Source of the DNA: Thermodesulfobacteriota bacterium
GTDB lineage: Bacteria; Desulfobacterota; Anaeroferrophillalia; Anaeroferrophillales; Tharpellaceae
Assembly (NCBI GenBank): GCA_024762675.1
Contig: JANTGZ010000002.1
Span: 1 to 63,117, forward strand
Length of the DNA stretch: 63,117 bases
Direction: 5' to 3'
The notes under the pieces are model-generated. The model did no database searches. It was given only the letters and a program-made list of their open reading frames with translations, and was not told where the DNA came from. Positions 43,742 to 53,011 of the stretch are shown piece by piece. Every line of letters starts with the position of its first letter. The first letter of the stretch is position 1. The translations under genes were made by a program, and so were the position numbers.

Positions 43742-45235
43742 TTATAATTCACTATTGGCTTTGCGGGTTCGTTGGGCGGCCCAGGCTTTAAGGGCGTCGA
43801 TTTTCTCGCTCATCAAGCGAGAGATCGGAATGATCTCAGTGACACTGGCAAGGATATCTGCCTCGGTGAATTCACGTTGATTATCGTCAAAAGCGTTGAA
43901 CATGGCATCATAGATAATCTGTTCAATCTCGGCACCGCTATAATCTATTGTTGCATCCGCAAGTTTTTCAAGGTCGAACTGGCGAATGACGGGCCTGACT
44001 TTTTCCAACAACACTTTAAAGATCGCCTGCCGTTCTGAAGTTGAGGGCAGGTCAACAAAAAAGATTTCATCAAAGCGGCCTTTACGCATCAGCTCGGGAG
44101 GGAGTTGGGCAACATCGTTGCCGGTGGCTATTATAAAGACGGGTTTGGTTTTTTCCTGCATCCAGGTCAGAAAAGTGCCAAGAATCCGAGCTGATGTGCC
44201 GCCGTCGCCAGCCGAACCGGAACTGCCGGCAAAGGCTTTTTCTAGTTCATCGACCCATAGGATGCAGGGTGAAATGGTCTCCGCCAGGTGAATGGCCTGG
44301 CGCAGGTTCTGCTCCGACTCACCCAGCAGGCTACCGAAAACTTTGCCTAGATCCATACGCAACAGGGGCAGTTTCCAAAGTCCGGCGGTGGCTTTAGCGG
44401 TTAGGCTTTTGCCGGTTCCCTGAATGCCGATAATCAGAATCCCCTTGGGAGCCGGCAGGCCGTAATCTTTGGCTTTATGAGTAAATACCTGACTGCGTTT
44501 ACGCAACCAGGTCTTGAGGTTTTCAAGACCACCGATATCGTTAAGGCTCTCTTGGACTGGGAAAAACTCGAGTATTTCACCTTTTTTTATGATTCCACGT
44601 TTCTCTTGAAGAATGATTTCGATGGCGCGTTCGTCGATGGAGCCATGTGCGATGATGATCTTGGAAAAAAGGTTCTTGATATTGACAATTGAGAGCCCTA
44701 GGGTCGACTCAACGATCTTCTCTTTAAGTTGTGGGGTTGGGGGTTTGCCTTGAGCGGCACTGACGACGACGCTGTCGAGCTCTTTTTCAATCTCAGGGTA
44801 GCCCGGGAGTTCGAGCTCAATCTGGCAGATGTCTTCGCGCAACTCAACCGGCAGTGCGGAACTGGGTGTAGTCAGGATAATAGTCTTCTTGGTGAACTGG
44901 AGATCGTGGTTAAGGTTTCTTAAGGAACGTAAAATAATGCTCTCGCGGAAATGGAGGTGGAAATCCCGCAGGATAAAGATGGCATTACCGCCGAATTTGC
45001 TGATTTCTTTAAGGCAGTTTATAGGGTCGGGTCGATCCTTGTTCTTGATCCCGCCCATCTCGCCCTTGATTGGTTTAAAGCCGTCCCCCAGGTCCCATAT
45101 GATTATGCTTTTGTCTTTGAACAGAGGGGATTCGGCCATCATCGAGAGAAAACGGGATTCTTCGTAGGTGACCACATTGATCAGTGAGTGGTTGCTGCGG
45201 ATTGTGGTGTTGAAACGATCTAAAAAAGTCATCAC
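43742..45235 (-). CDS. Ycf46-type AAA+ ATPase
   Basis: 497 aa. N-domain SLINVVTYEESRF, Walker A GIQGTGKS, Walker B ILWVDELE, sensor-1 ATGN, and Arg-finger region MRKGRFDEIFFVDLP. Confidence 0.8.
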   Translation of the reverse strand: MMTFLDRFNTTIRSNHSLINVVTYEESRFLSMMAESPLFKDKSIIIWDLGDGFKPIKGEMGGIKNKDRPDPINCLKEISKFGGNAIFILRDFHLHFRESIILRSLRNLNHDLQFTKKTIILTTPSSALPVELREDICQIELELPGYPEIEKELDSVVVSAAQGKPPTPQLKEKIVESTLGLSIVNIKNLFSKIIIAHGSIDERAIEIILQEKRGIIKKGEILEFFPVQESLNDIGGLENLKTWLRKRSQVFTHKAKDYGLPAPKGILIIGIQGTGKSLTAKATAGLWKLPLLRMDLGKVFGSLLGESEQNLRQAIHLAETISPCILWVDELEKAFAGSSGSAGDGGTSARILGTFLTWMQEKTKPVFIIATGNDVAQLPPELMRKGRFDEIFFVDLPSTSERQAIFKVLLEKVRPVIRQFDLEKLADATIDYSGAEIEQIIYDAMFNAFDDNQREFTEADILASVTEIIPISRLMSEKIDALKAWAAQRTRKANSEL

Positions 45236-45288
45236 TCTCCTCTTGCCTGGGGTTTATTTCGAATAAATCTCCGGGAAACTTGTCAGCT

Positions 45289-45492
45289 TCAGCCGCACAA
45301 ATTATATGACATAGCCTTACATTTACTAACCAAATCGAGATTTCCGGTCAAGCTCAAAATCTGCTCTTCACCATTCTGGTCGAGACCCCAGGCACAGATT
45401 TCACCCTTTTCCGTAATTCGGATGTAAATTTGTGGCTCTTTTTTCGTAGTTTGGCTGGATCTTAAATCTGTTTTATGTGCCTGTTTATTCAT
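45289..45492 (-). CDS. Hypothetical 67-aa protein
   Basis: Co-directional ORF filling the gap between the Hsp70-like and AAA+ genes. Basic N-terminus, weak ribosome-binding site, no motif. Confidence 0.3.
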   Translation of the reverse strand: MNKQAHKTDLRSSQTTKKEPQIYIRITEKGEICAWGLDQNGEEQILSLTGNLDLVSKCKAMSYNLCG

Positions 45493-45541
45493 CCCGGCAT
45501 TCCAGATGGTATCGTACTGTTTTAAATTATAATGGCGGCCA

Positions 45542-47059
45542 TCATTCCAGGCGTACCGATTTTTTTCGTTTCCAGATAGTCTGATTTCGGCGCAGATCCT
45601 TTACCGTAATCAGCAGATCGCAGTTTAAGTTGATATCAAAAGTGATCTCCAGGCGTTGTTCGTTGTCTAAGGCCGGGGGGTCTAGAGAGATGATTTCCGG
45701 GCGCGCTTCATTGATGAACGATTGTTGCTCATCTCCGAGGTTCTCTTCCAATTGCATACGGCCTGTATCATCGACAACAATCTCTCGGTCACTGCTGCTT
45801 TCGGGACGGTCCATGCGGAAGATGTCGAGTTCAACTTCAAGTTGACCGGCAAAAAAACCGTTGGCAACGATGCTGGTAATGCCTTGTTGGGTCGGATAGG
45901 GAGTGCCTTTAGGAACGATGATGTCGTAACGGTAGCCATCACCTTTAGCCGTGCGGCTGCGGATCGCGTAATTGGCCTTGATTGTGGCTTGGATTCCGCC
46001 TTTTTTCAGGTAACGCAAGGCCCCTATCGGGATGGCCTCATGGGCTTTGTTGCTCAGGAGCTTGGGCCCGAAAAATTTCCTCATGATGTCGTTGTAATAG
46101 TGGGTTGGCAGGCTTAAGCCGCTGCCCAGAACATAGCCGACATTTTCATAGGTGACACCAAAGCCGGAAGCAAGATCAAAGAGGTCGCGTAAAAGAACTT
46201 TAAGTTCTCGGCCATAACCTTTTTGGTCGAGCATTTTATGGAGATCGCTACGCGAAAGACGAAGTTCCACCCCATCGAGCGTCTCCTGGTACTGCGGTTT
46301 CAGGTTTAGTTTACCCCTGATTTGCCGGGCCTTACTCATGTTTATAGGGATCTTATCGGTAAAGTAGTTCTGGATTACCTTGTCGATATCAGCTCCGCCA
46401 TAGTTTTTATGCATACTGCAGATAATTACACTCTGGAGTCTGGGTTCGCGATTACTTTCGACTATTTTGAGCAGGTAGAGATCAAAAGTCGTGTAGCCAA
46501 AATGAAGATAGATCAGGTGCTGGTTTATCTGGTTGGCAAGATCGTAAGCTAAAAGAGCGCATACCGCCTCATCGACAACCTTGAAATTGATCAGGCCGAT
46601 CCGCAGGCAGAACTCTTCGATTGTTGCAGCAAAAACCGAAAAGTTGAGGGGCTCTACGATGAAGACGATCATTGCCACCTGATCTTTACCGTAGAGTTCG
46701 TGGATGCGGTCGATGATATTGATCAGTAGGTCGGTGGCGGCCTGGAAGGTACTTATCTCCTGGTCACCGATGATCCGGGGTAGGTATTGCTTTTTGCCCA
46801 TATACTGTTTCATGTATTTGAAGGTTGCCGGGGAGTTAAACTTTTTTTGGCTGAAGACCTCCTGGCCGCAATAGATGCGGTCGGCATAGCAGATCATGGC
46901 GGGGACCAGATGGATTTTTTCCGGGCCCTTGGGTGTGTTCATCTCGACGGTTGTCGAAATCTCTCCGAGATGAACCGACTCAATGTGCCCGCTCTCCTCA
47001 TCCTGGCTGTAGATCTGCAGGTTGACATTGTTAAAGAAGATGGAGACTGTTTTAGCCAT
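45542..47059 (-). CDS. Hsp70/DnaK-fold paralogue lacking the helical lid and carrying degenerate phosphate-binding loops
   Basis: Collinear with DnaK by eye: VDEAVCALLAY ~ INEPTAAALAY; HFGYTTFD ~ DLGGGTFD; GGADIDKVIQNYF ~ GGEDFDSRLINYL; GSGLSLP ~ GGQTRMP; IVPKGTPYPT ~ IAKNTTIPT; ITFDINLNCDLLITVKD ~ VTFDIDADGILHVSAKD. The N-terminal GIDLGTT loop is replaced by SIFFNNV. Confidence 0.75.
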   Translation of the reverse strand: MAKTVSIFFNNVNLQIYSQDEESGHIESVHLGEISTTVEMNTPKGPEKIHLVPAMICYADRIYCGQEVFSQKKFNSPATFKYMKQYMGKKQYLPRIIGDQEISTFQAATDLLINIIDRIHELYGKDQVAMIVFIVEPLNFSVFAATIEEFCLRIGLINFKVVDEAVCALLAYDLANQINQHLIYLHFGYTTFDLYLLKIVESNREPRLQSVIICSMHKNYGGADIDKVIQNYFTDKIPINMSKARQIRGKLNLKPQYQETLDGVELRLSRSDLHKMLDQKGYGRELKVLLRDLFDLASGFGVTYENVGYVLGSGLSLPTHYYNDIMRKFFGPKLLSNKAHEAIPIGALRYLKKGGIQATIKANYAIRSRTAKGDGYRYDIIVPKGTPYPTQQGITSIVANGFFAGQLEVELDIFRMDRPESSSDREIVVDDTGRMQLEENLGDEQQSFINEARPEIISLDPPALDNEQRLEITFDINLNCDLLITVKDLRRNQTIWKRKKSVRLE

Positions 47060-49080
47060 CAGAGTTTCTTTACTTTGAAAATTTTCAGTTCCCGGGTTTG
47101 GGAGGCTTCATTTAAAACCTTAAGCTCTGTGCAGTTGCGCGTGATCTGGGCGATTCGGACAAGGATTCTTTGCCTTAATTCATCATAATGGGGTCGGCCT
47201 CGGATGAAGTCAATAATTATGTACAAGATCGGTAAGCTCTGAAAACTGTCGAGCTCATTTTTCTTGTCGAGCAGATGGTTGAGAGCGCTGTTGATGCTCT
47301 GGCGGAAGAAACCACTGTAACGGCGTGTTCGATGTACTACTATCGCAAAACAATCACTGCCGTCAACCTCGATTTCAGAGAGCAGGCGCATAACCAACAG
47401 CAGTGGGAAGCCTCGGCTGGCAGCAGTACCGGGGTTGCTATTGGGGCCGAGAACAAGTTCGACTAATTCTTTTGGCTGATTTCTGATGTCCGTAAAAAGT
47501 TCTTCATATGAAGGCAGGGTAGCTGTACTGACTTTAGTCATCAGGGTTTCAATAGTTAGGTTGGCGATTTCAGGGTGCTGCTCAAAGAACTCCGCCAAAG
47601 CTTCGTTCATGCGTTCTAGATCCTGGCCTTTGGTGAGGCGCTCTTTGATAGTCAGGGCGCGGCGTTCTTCACGGTCCTTGAGCAGGCCCAGCAACAGGGG
47701 GACATCCTCGCTCTTAAGCCATGGGGATAGAAGGTTTAAAAGGCTGTAGGAAAAAGACCAGTCGATGTCGTTTGTCAGGGCCAGCAGGTTTTGGCGGATT
47801 TTGGGACGATCGGCAAAACGGCACATGAAGAGGGCGATCTCCCGGTAGTGCGGTTTTAGAACCGGGATCTTTATTTTATCTAAAATGTAAGTCCATTTAT
47901 CTCCATGATCTAGTGTCGCTAAAGCGTTAAGCAACTCCGGGTAGAGCTCGATTTTTTCCGACCATTGGGCCAGATGGTTGGCGACTTCCCGGCTTTCACC
48001 AGGCCAGGGTGTTCCTGCCAGAGCTTGCAGAAGTAGCTTGAGTTCCTCTTTTTTGTTGGTTTTATTGAGCAGCTCGAGGAAGGCTTTCAAGGCCTGCGGG
48101 CTTCGCATTTCTCCAAGTGCTTCCAAGGCTTCGCGGCGTTCGCTAAGATTGCCTTGTCGGGCTCGATTCTGTAGTAATTCAAGGGCTTCCGGGTTTTGGC
48201 ATCCAGCCAGTTCAGAAAGGGCCGAGGTTCTTTTTTTGCGGCGCCAAGACTTGCCTGATTTAATAAGCCTTTTGCAGCCCTCCTCATCTCCGAGACGGGC
48301 CAGGGCTCCAGCGGCTGATGGGACGTCATCAAGTAGTTTGTGCAATCGTGGCCGGCAGTTTTCAAGTTTTAGACGGCCGGCGGCTCGAATCGCATACTCT
48401 TCGGCAAAAGTGTTGCTGGAGAGCAGGTTTAGAGTCAAATCAGCAACTATGCTCTCTTTTTCAGGGTTTAAGGATGGGCCGATGAAGTCTAAAAGTTCCG
48501 GTTTTTCTTTAAGGAGTGAAAGATCATTGTCAAGCAGGAGATCATTAAAGAAAGTTCGCGGATAAAGCGTCTTAAGAAGGGTGAGACCGGAAAGTCGCGG
48601 TTCACGCTCAGGGATGGCGCAGATTAAGGGCAGACTAAGATTTGGCGGAAAGATTCTGACGGCGGTTGCAGTGGCCGCATCTACTGCTTTATTACGTCTT
48701 AAAAGAGAGTGAAAATAGTCGAAAAAAGAGGCTTCCGAATGGTTGTTGATGAGTGGTTTTTTCAGGCGTTGAGTTTCGAGGTCACCGGTCTCCGGAGCAT
48801 CAACTCCGATCACCTCCAAGGCCAGCAGCAAGAAATGGTTGCTTCCTAAAAACCAAGCCGCCGTTAAGATCAGGTGGAGGTTTACATCACTGGCACCATT
48901 GAGACGTCCCGCCATCTCTCTGCACAAGGCGCGAGCCTGTTTATGTTCACCCGAGGAGCAGGCAAAATCGCGTAACTCCAGTTGGGTTTGGTGAAAAATT
49001 TCAAGAACCCGCCAGCGCAACTCCCAGTTTTCCGCGAGCAGGTCATTGATAATGTTGGATGAGGGAACCAGTTGTCTCAT
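47059..49080 (-). CDS. HEAT/PBS-lyase-repeat protein (673 aa)
   Basis: All-helical sequence with repeats such as AAGALARLGDEEGCKRLIKS, SALSELAGCQNPEALELLQ and RREALEALGEMRSPQALKAFLELL. There is a 1-nt stop/start overlap (TGATG) with the Hsp70-like gene. Confidence 0.6.
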   Translation of the reverse strand: MRQLVPSSNIINDLLAENWELRWRVLEIFHQTQLELRDFACSSGEHKQARALCREMAGRLNGASDVNLHLILTAAWFLGSNHFLLLALEVIGVDAPETGDLETQRLKKPLINNHSEASFFDYFHSLLRRNKAVDAATATAVRIFPPNLSLPLICAIPEREPRLSGLTLLKTLYPRTFFNDLLLDNDLSLLKEKPELLDFIGPSLNPEKESIVADLTLNLLSSNTFAEEYAIRAAGRLKLENCRPRLHKLLDDVPSAAGALARLGDEEGCKRLIKSGKSWRRKKRTSALSELAGCQNPEALELLQNRARQGNLSERREALEALGEMRSPQALKAFLELLNKTNKKEELKLLLQALAGTPWPGESREVANHLAQWSEKIELYPELLNALATLDHGDKWTYILDKIKIPVLKPHYREIALFMCRFADRPKIRQNLLALTNDIDWSFSYSLLNLLSPWLKSEDVPLLLGLLKDREERRALTIKERLTKGQDLERMNEALAEFFEQHPEIANLTIETLMTKVSTATLPSYEELFTDIRNQPKELVELVLGPNSNPGTAASRGFPLLLVMRLLSEIEVDGSDCFAIVVHRTRRYSGFFRQSINSALNHLLDKKNELDSFQSLPILYIIIDFIRGRPHYDELRQRILVRIAQITRNCTELKVLNEASQTRELKIFKVKKL

Positions 49081-49431
49081 TTTTGCAGATATTTACAAAT
49101 AAAAAACACCATCTTTGTAATAATGATCCATTTCAGCCTATATCCAGTTTTGGACATATTGAAGCAGGATTTATTGGCGATTGTCAATATTGATGGGTTC
49201 TGCGAGAAAGCTGTTTATGGTTGTGTGTCAAAGCCGTTAGTTGAGAGCTCTTGTTTTTTGTTTTACTAAAATAATTGGGTTGGTATTTTAAATGTTTTTT
49301 GTTATGGTTTGGGGGTCTGGATCAGTATGCACTGACAAGCTTTTCACTTCTATAGTAATCATACACTAAGAGGTGATCTGTAACAACTGTAAACTTTATA
49401 CTTATTTTTTTAATAAGGGATTGTACCGTTA

Positions 49432-49791
49432 ATGGGGAATGAAGTCATGGAATTTGACCGGGGTTTTTTGGCCCATCTTTTGACAGATGACTTGGTGGCG
49501 ATGGGTTTTGACCTAGACGATGGGAGTGAGGTTGTCGAGGCTTTTTGTGAAGCGCTTGAAGAGTACCTTCCTGAATTAAGAAGCGCAGTGGCTGCTGCTA
49601 AGATTCAGGAGGTTGGTTTTTTTGCTCACGCTCTGAAAGGGACCTTCAATAATTTTAGTGTTCCTCAATTTGTTTGTTTGGCGGAACTGTTTAAAGATAT
49701 GGAAGAAGAAGCTGGAGGTGACGGTAGTTTTGAGATTATCACTGCTTTGATGGGTCAGATTGAGAGTGAGTTGAAGGTCTGCATTAAGTGA
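49432..49791 (+). CDS. Stand-alone HPt (histidine phosphotransfer) domain protein
   Basis: 119 aa. The FFAHALKGTFNNF motif (H-x-x-KG) sits in a four-helix-bundle-sized protein. Confidence 0.7.
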   Translation: MGNEVMEFDRGFLAHLLTDDLVAMGFDLDDGSEVVEAFCEALEEYLPELRSAVAAAKIQEVGFFAHALKGTFNNFSVPQFVCLAELFKDMEEEAGGDGSFEIITALMGQIESELKVCIK

Positions 49792-49796
49792 CTGAA

Positions 49797-51101
49797 TCAA
49801 TAAACCGAAGCCGCCGGCCATAGAATTAATTGAGGGAAGATTTCGAGCAGGATTATGGTGATGATGTAGGTTGGCAGGAAATAGGCGATACCTTTGAATA
49901 TAGTAGTCAGCGGAATGTCTTCGGCAATGCCGGCGACGACATAGGCGTTGACGCCAACCGGTGGAGTGATAGCGCCCATGGTCGTTACTATGGTAATCAA
50001 AACCCCGAACCAGATCGGGTCGAAGTTGAGCTTTACGGCCAAAGGACAGAAAATTGGGATTGTGATCAGCAGCAGGCCCAGAGCGTCCATGATGGCGCCG
50101 CCGATGATAAAGACCAGGATGATGATCCACAGGATAAAAACCGGTGCTACCGGCAGGGAGGCGGCCCATTCGGCAATTGCGTAAGGCAACCTGGTTAAAG
50201 CCAGAAAACGGCCGAAGATGACGGCGCCGGCAATAATAATGACAATAAAGCTTGAGATTTTCAGGGTATCATTTATTGCCGTAACGAATTTTTCATAAGA
50301 GAGAGAGCGACGAAAAAGAGTTAAAATCAGGGCGCAGAATGAACCAACGGCCCCGGCCTCACTAGGAGTGAAGAAGCCGACAAAGAGCCCGCCCATGACC
50401 AGGCCGAAGAGGAGCAGCATCTCGAAAGAGCCTTTAAGCGAGAAGATTTTTTCTTTAAAGGTGGTTTTCTCACCTGGTGGCCCCCAGTCGGGGTGACGAC
50501 GGCAGATGACAATGATAGTTATAATTAGAAGGGCTGCGAGTATCAGGCCGGGAATGATACTGCCGAAAAAAAGTTTGGCGATCGATTGTCCTGTGTAGAT
50601 TCCGTAAACAACCAGGACAATGCTCGGCGGGATGACAACGCCCAGAGTCGACCCGGCTGCTATTGAACCGGTAATCAGGGTTGGGTTGTAGCCATATTTT
50701 CGCATTGAAGGCAGGGCCACCGAGGTCATGGTGGCGGCGGTGGCCGTGTTGGAGCCGCTGATTGCGGCAAAACCGGCACAGGCAGCGACCGTTGCCATCG
50801 CCAGCCCTCCGCGAGTCGCCCCCAGCCAGGCATAGGCACAGCTGTAGAGTCGGTTGTTGACATTGCTGTGAAAACAGATATGACCCATAAAGATAAAGAG
50901 TGGGATAATGGTTAGACCATAGGAGGAGAAGGTTGTCCAGAGGTCATTGCCGATCAGGGCCAGGGCGGCATCTAAAGAGATCAGCCAGGCGACTCCGGCA
51001 AAACCGGTGAGGGCCATCGCAAAGCCGACCGGAATCTGGAGCAGCAGCATGCCTGCCATCATTAAAAAGAGACCAATGATGCCGACGGTTTCAGGACTCA
51101 T
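49797..51101 (-). CDS. dctM: TRAP transporter large permease (DctM family)
   Basis: 434 aa and ~12 TM helices. Overlaps the dctQ-like gene by 4 nt. Confidence 0.85.
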   Translation of the reverse strand: MSPETVGIIGLFLMMAGMLLLQIPVGFAMALTGFAGVAWLISLDAALALIGNDLWTTFSSYGLTIIPLFIFMGHICFHSNVNNRLYSCAYAWLGATRGGLAMATVAACAGFAAISGSNTATAATMTSVALPSMRKYGYNPTLITGSIAAGSTLGVVIPPSIVLVVYGIYTGQSIAKLFFGSIIPGLILAALLIITIIVICRRHPDWGPPGEKTTFKEKIFSLKGSFEMLLLFGLVMGGLFVGFFTPSEAGAVGSFCALILTLFRRSLSYEKFVTAINDTLKISSFIVIIIAGAVIFGRFLALTRLPYAIAEWAASLPVAPVFILWIIILVFIIGGAIMDALGLLLITIPIFCPLAVKLNFDPIWFGVLITIVTTMGAITPPVGVNAYVVAGIAEDIPLTTIFKGIAYFLPTYIITIILLEIFPQLILWPAASVY

Positions 51102-51604
51102 GGTCGCTCTTTAAGGTTAGTGGGAAGTTTTTGCAGACTTAAGCCCAGGTCTGAAAAGAGTACCAGGGCGAGAAATGCGAAACCAAAAGCGGTCAGGTAG
51201 ATAAAGGGATAGAAGGTCAGGTGCAGGGTTTCCGAAGTCTCGCCGGAGCGGCGGACAGTATCTCCCCAGGCCCAGGTCTGCCAAGCGGCCAGACTAAAAA
51301 AGAGGGCTCCGCAGAAATGGCCGATCGTGGTGGTCAATCGGCGCCAGCCGGGAGTGTATTTACGCGTTATTATATCAACAATAATATGTTTTTTTTCGAG
51401 TTGCGCACTGCCCAAAGAGAGCGCGATGGTGATAGCCCCGAGATAGCCGATTATCTCAAAAGAACCCTTTAACGGATGCCATAAATTGCGGCAAACAACG
51501 TTGGCAAAACCGATGACCACCATCAGTAATAGTGAAATTCCGGCCAGGAGTAGTTTTATTTGCTGAAACTTGATTAGAAAACTACGAAAGTTATCGTTTT
51601 TCAT
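51098..51604 (-). CDS. dctQ: TRAP transporter small permease (DctQ family)
   Basis: 168 aa with 4 TM helices, positioned between the DctP and DctM genes. Confidence 0.8.
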   Translation of the reverse strand: MKNDNFRSFLIKFQQIKLLLAGISLLLMVVIGFANVVCRNLWHPLKGSFEIIGYLGAITIALSLGSAQLEKKHIIVDIITRKYTPGWRRLTTTIGHFCGALFFSLAAWQTWAWGDTVRRSGETSETLHLTFYPFIYLTAFGFAFLALVLFSDLGLSLQKLPTNLKERP

Positions 51605-51666
51605 CTTTTCTATCCCGGCTTAGCCGAAATCAGTCAGGTGCTTTTTAAAGAGTTAAGAAGACACAA

Positions 51667-51703
51667 AGAGCACGAAGTTAAGAGATACCTTTCTTCGTGC
51701 TCT
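51667..51703 (-). terminator. Intra-operon hairpin (attenuating terminator) between the dctP-like and dctQM genes
   Basis: 11-bp stem AGAGCACGAAG / CTTCGTGCTCT. A T-rich tail follows on both strands. Confidence 0.5.
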
Positions 51704-51731
51704 TTTTTGTCTTCGCAGTGAAAAATATTAA

Positions 51732-52769
51732 CTATTTTCCGAACTCTTTTTCGTATTTGACCCTGAAGGTTTGGAGATCTTTGAGAAACTCTTTGCCGGG
51801 CAGTCCGGCTTTGGCGGTCTTGCTCAGGTAGGCATCGGTCATGAAGCGTACCTTTTCAGTAATAACGCTTTTTTCCGCCGGCGTGATAGTCTTGATCTTG
51901 ACCTGGTGGGTATTTTCCGACCAAGCCAGGGCTTCCTTAACATGATCATCTTCATAGTTACCGGTCCATAGTGCTTGTTCGCGACCCAAGTCGTTGAAGA
52001 TCTTTTGCAGTTCGGGACTTAATGACTGCCATTTTTTCAGGTTCATGACGACAGCAAATGAAGTTGTCGGACCGTTGACAATCGTGACATGGCCGCAGAG
52101 TTCGGCAAATTTGAAATCCTTCATGATTTCGAGTGAGGAAAAAATACCTTTGACGACCCCCTTCTGCAGGGCTTCCGGCGCGGCCGACATCGGCATGGCA
52201 ACCGGTACAGTTCCCATCGCTTCAAGGTAGCGTCCGGAGATGCCGGTTCCCCTAATTTCCATCCCTTTAAGTTCCTCAAGGTTCGCTCCGGAACTTTTGA
52301 GCATCAGGTTGGCCGGGGCGCATGTGAACATAGTCAGAACCTTGACTCCTTTGAGGCTCTCCGGTTGATATTTTTCATAGAGGTCCCAGAGAGTGGCACT
52401 GGCAACCGCAGCACTTGTAAAACCGACCGGCAGGTCGGCCCCTTCCATCAAAGGGAAACGGCCCGGCAGGTAGGGCGGACAGAAACAGCCGATATCGGCG
52501 AGGCCTTTTTTTACTCCGTCAAGCATGTTTTTGGCGCCGAGCAGGGTGCCTCCGGGAAAGGTCATGACTTTGACCTGACCGTGGCTGCGTTTCTCTACCT
52601 CTTTGGCCCAGCGCTCCATCTGAACACAGGGAAAGGTCGGGGCCGGGGGAAAATTGGCGTAATTTAAGGTCAGGGTTCCGGCCCCGGCTACGGGAGCCAA
52701 ACTCAACATGATACCGGCAAGGGCAATTAAAGCAGTGATTTTTTTGGTGATGCTGGATAGTTTCGTCAT
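51732..52769 (-). CDS. dctP: TRAP transporter substrate-binding protein (DctP family)
   Basis: 345 aa with a signal peptide. Typical NYANFPPA...ERWAKEVEKRSHGQVKV start of family-7 solute-binding proteins. Confidence 0.8.
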   Translation of the reverse strand: MTKLSSITKKITALIALAGIMLSLAPVAGAGTLTLNYANFPPAPTFPCVQMERWAKEVEKRSHGQVKVMTFPGGTLLGAKNMLDGVKKGLADIGCFCPPYLPGRFPLMEGADLPVGFTSAAVASATLWDLYEKYQPESLKGVKVLTMFTCAPANLMLKSSGANLEELKGMEIRGTGISGRYLEAMGTVPVAMPMSAAPEALQKGVVKGIFSSLEIMKDFKFAELCGHVTIVNGPTTSFAVVMNLKKWQSLSPELQKIFNDLGREQALWTGNYEDDHVKEALAWSENTHQVKIKTITPAEKSVITEKVRFMTDAYLSKTAKAGLPGKEFLKDLQTFRVKYEKEFGK

Positions 52770-53011
52770 GGCTTCTTCCTTCTCATTTTTAAAGCGGTGA
52801 TCTTTTCACCTTGAGGTTTCTATAAACCGCCTCCCATACTTTCTTTTGAGAGATGATGCAACTATTTTCTAGCTGTAGCATCTACTTAGGTGAATGCTGT
52901 GTTGTGATGGTGGAGAATCGTCGGTTGACAAAAAAAGGGAGATGTTTTAGAGCTTGGCCCGCTTGTTGGAGTATTACAGTGTACTTTTTGAAAATGAGAA
53001 TGAGAGGAAAG

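Noticed and set aside
47978-48565. 195-aa plus-strand ORF
   Set aside because: It is antisense to the HEAT-repeat gene, and its extreme Ser/Arg composition marks it as a shadow ORF.
49576-50169. 197-aa minus-strand ORF overlapping the HPt and dctM genes
   Set aside because: It is an alternative frame of dctM, running into the antisense strand of the HPt gene. It is His/Arg/Pro-rich with no independent support.
52853-53011. 53-aa N-terminal extension of the PaaK-like ligase
   Set aside because: It is a Cys/Trp-rich improbable leader. The internal ATG at 53012 has a good ribosome-binding site and gives the normal ~430-aa length.
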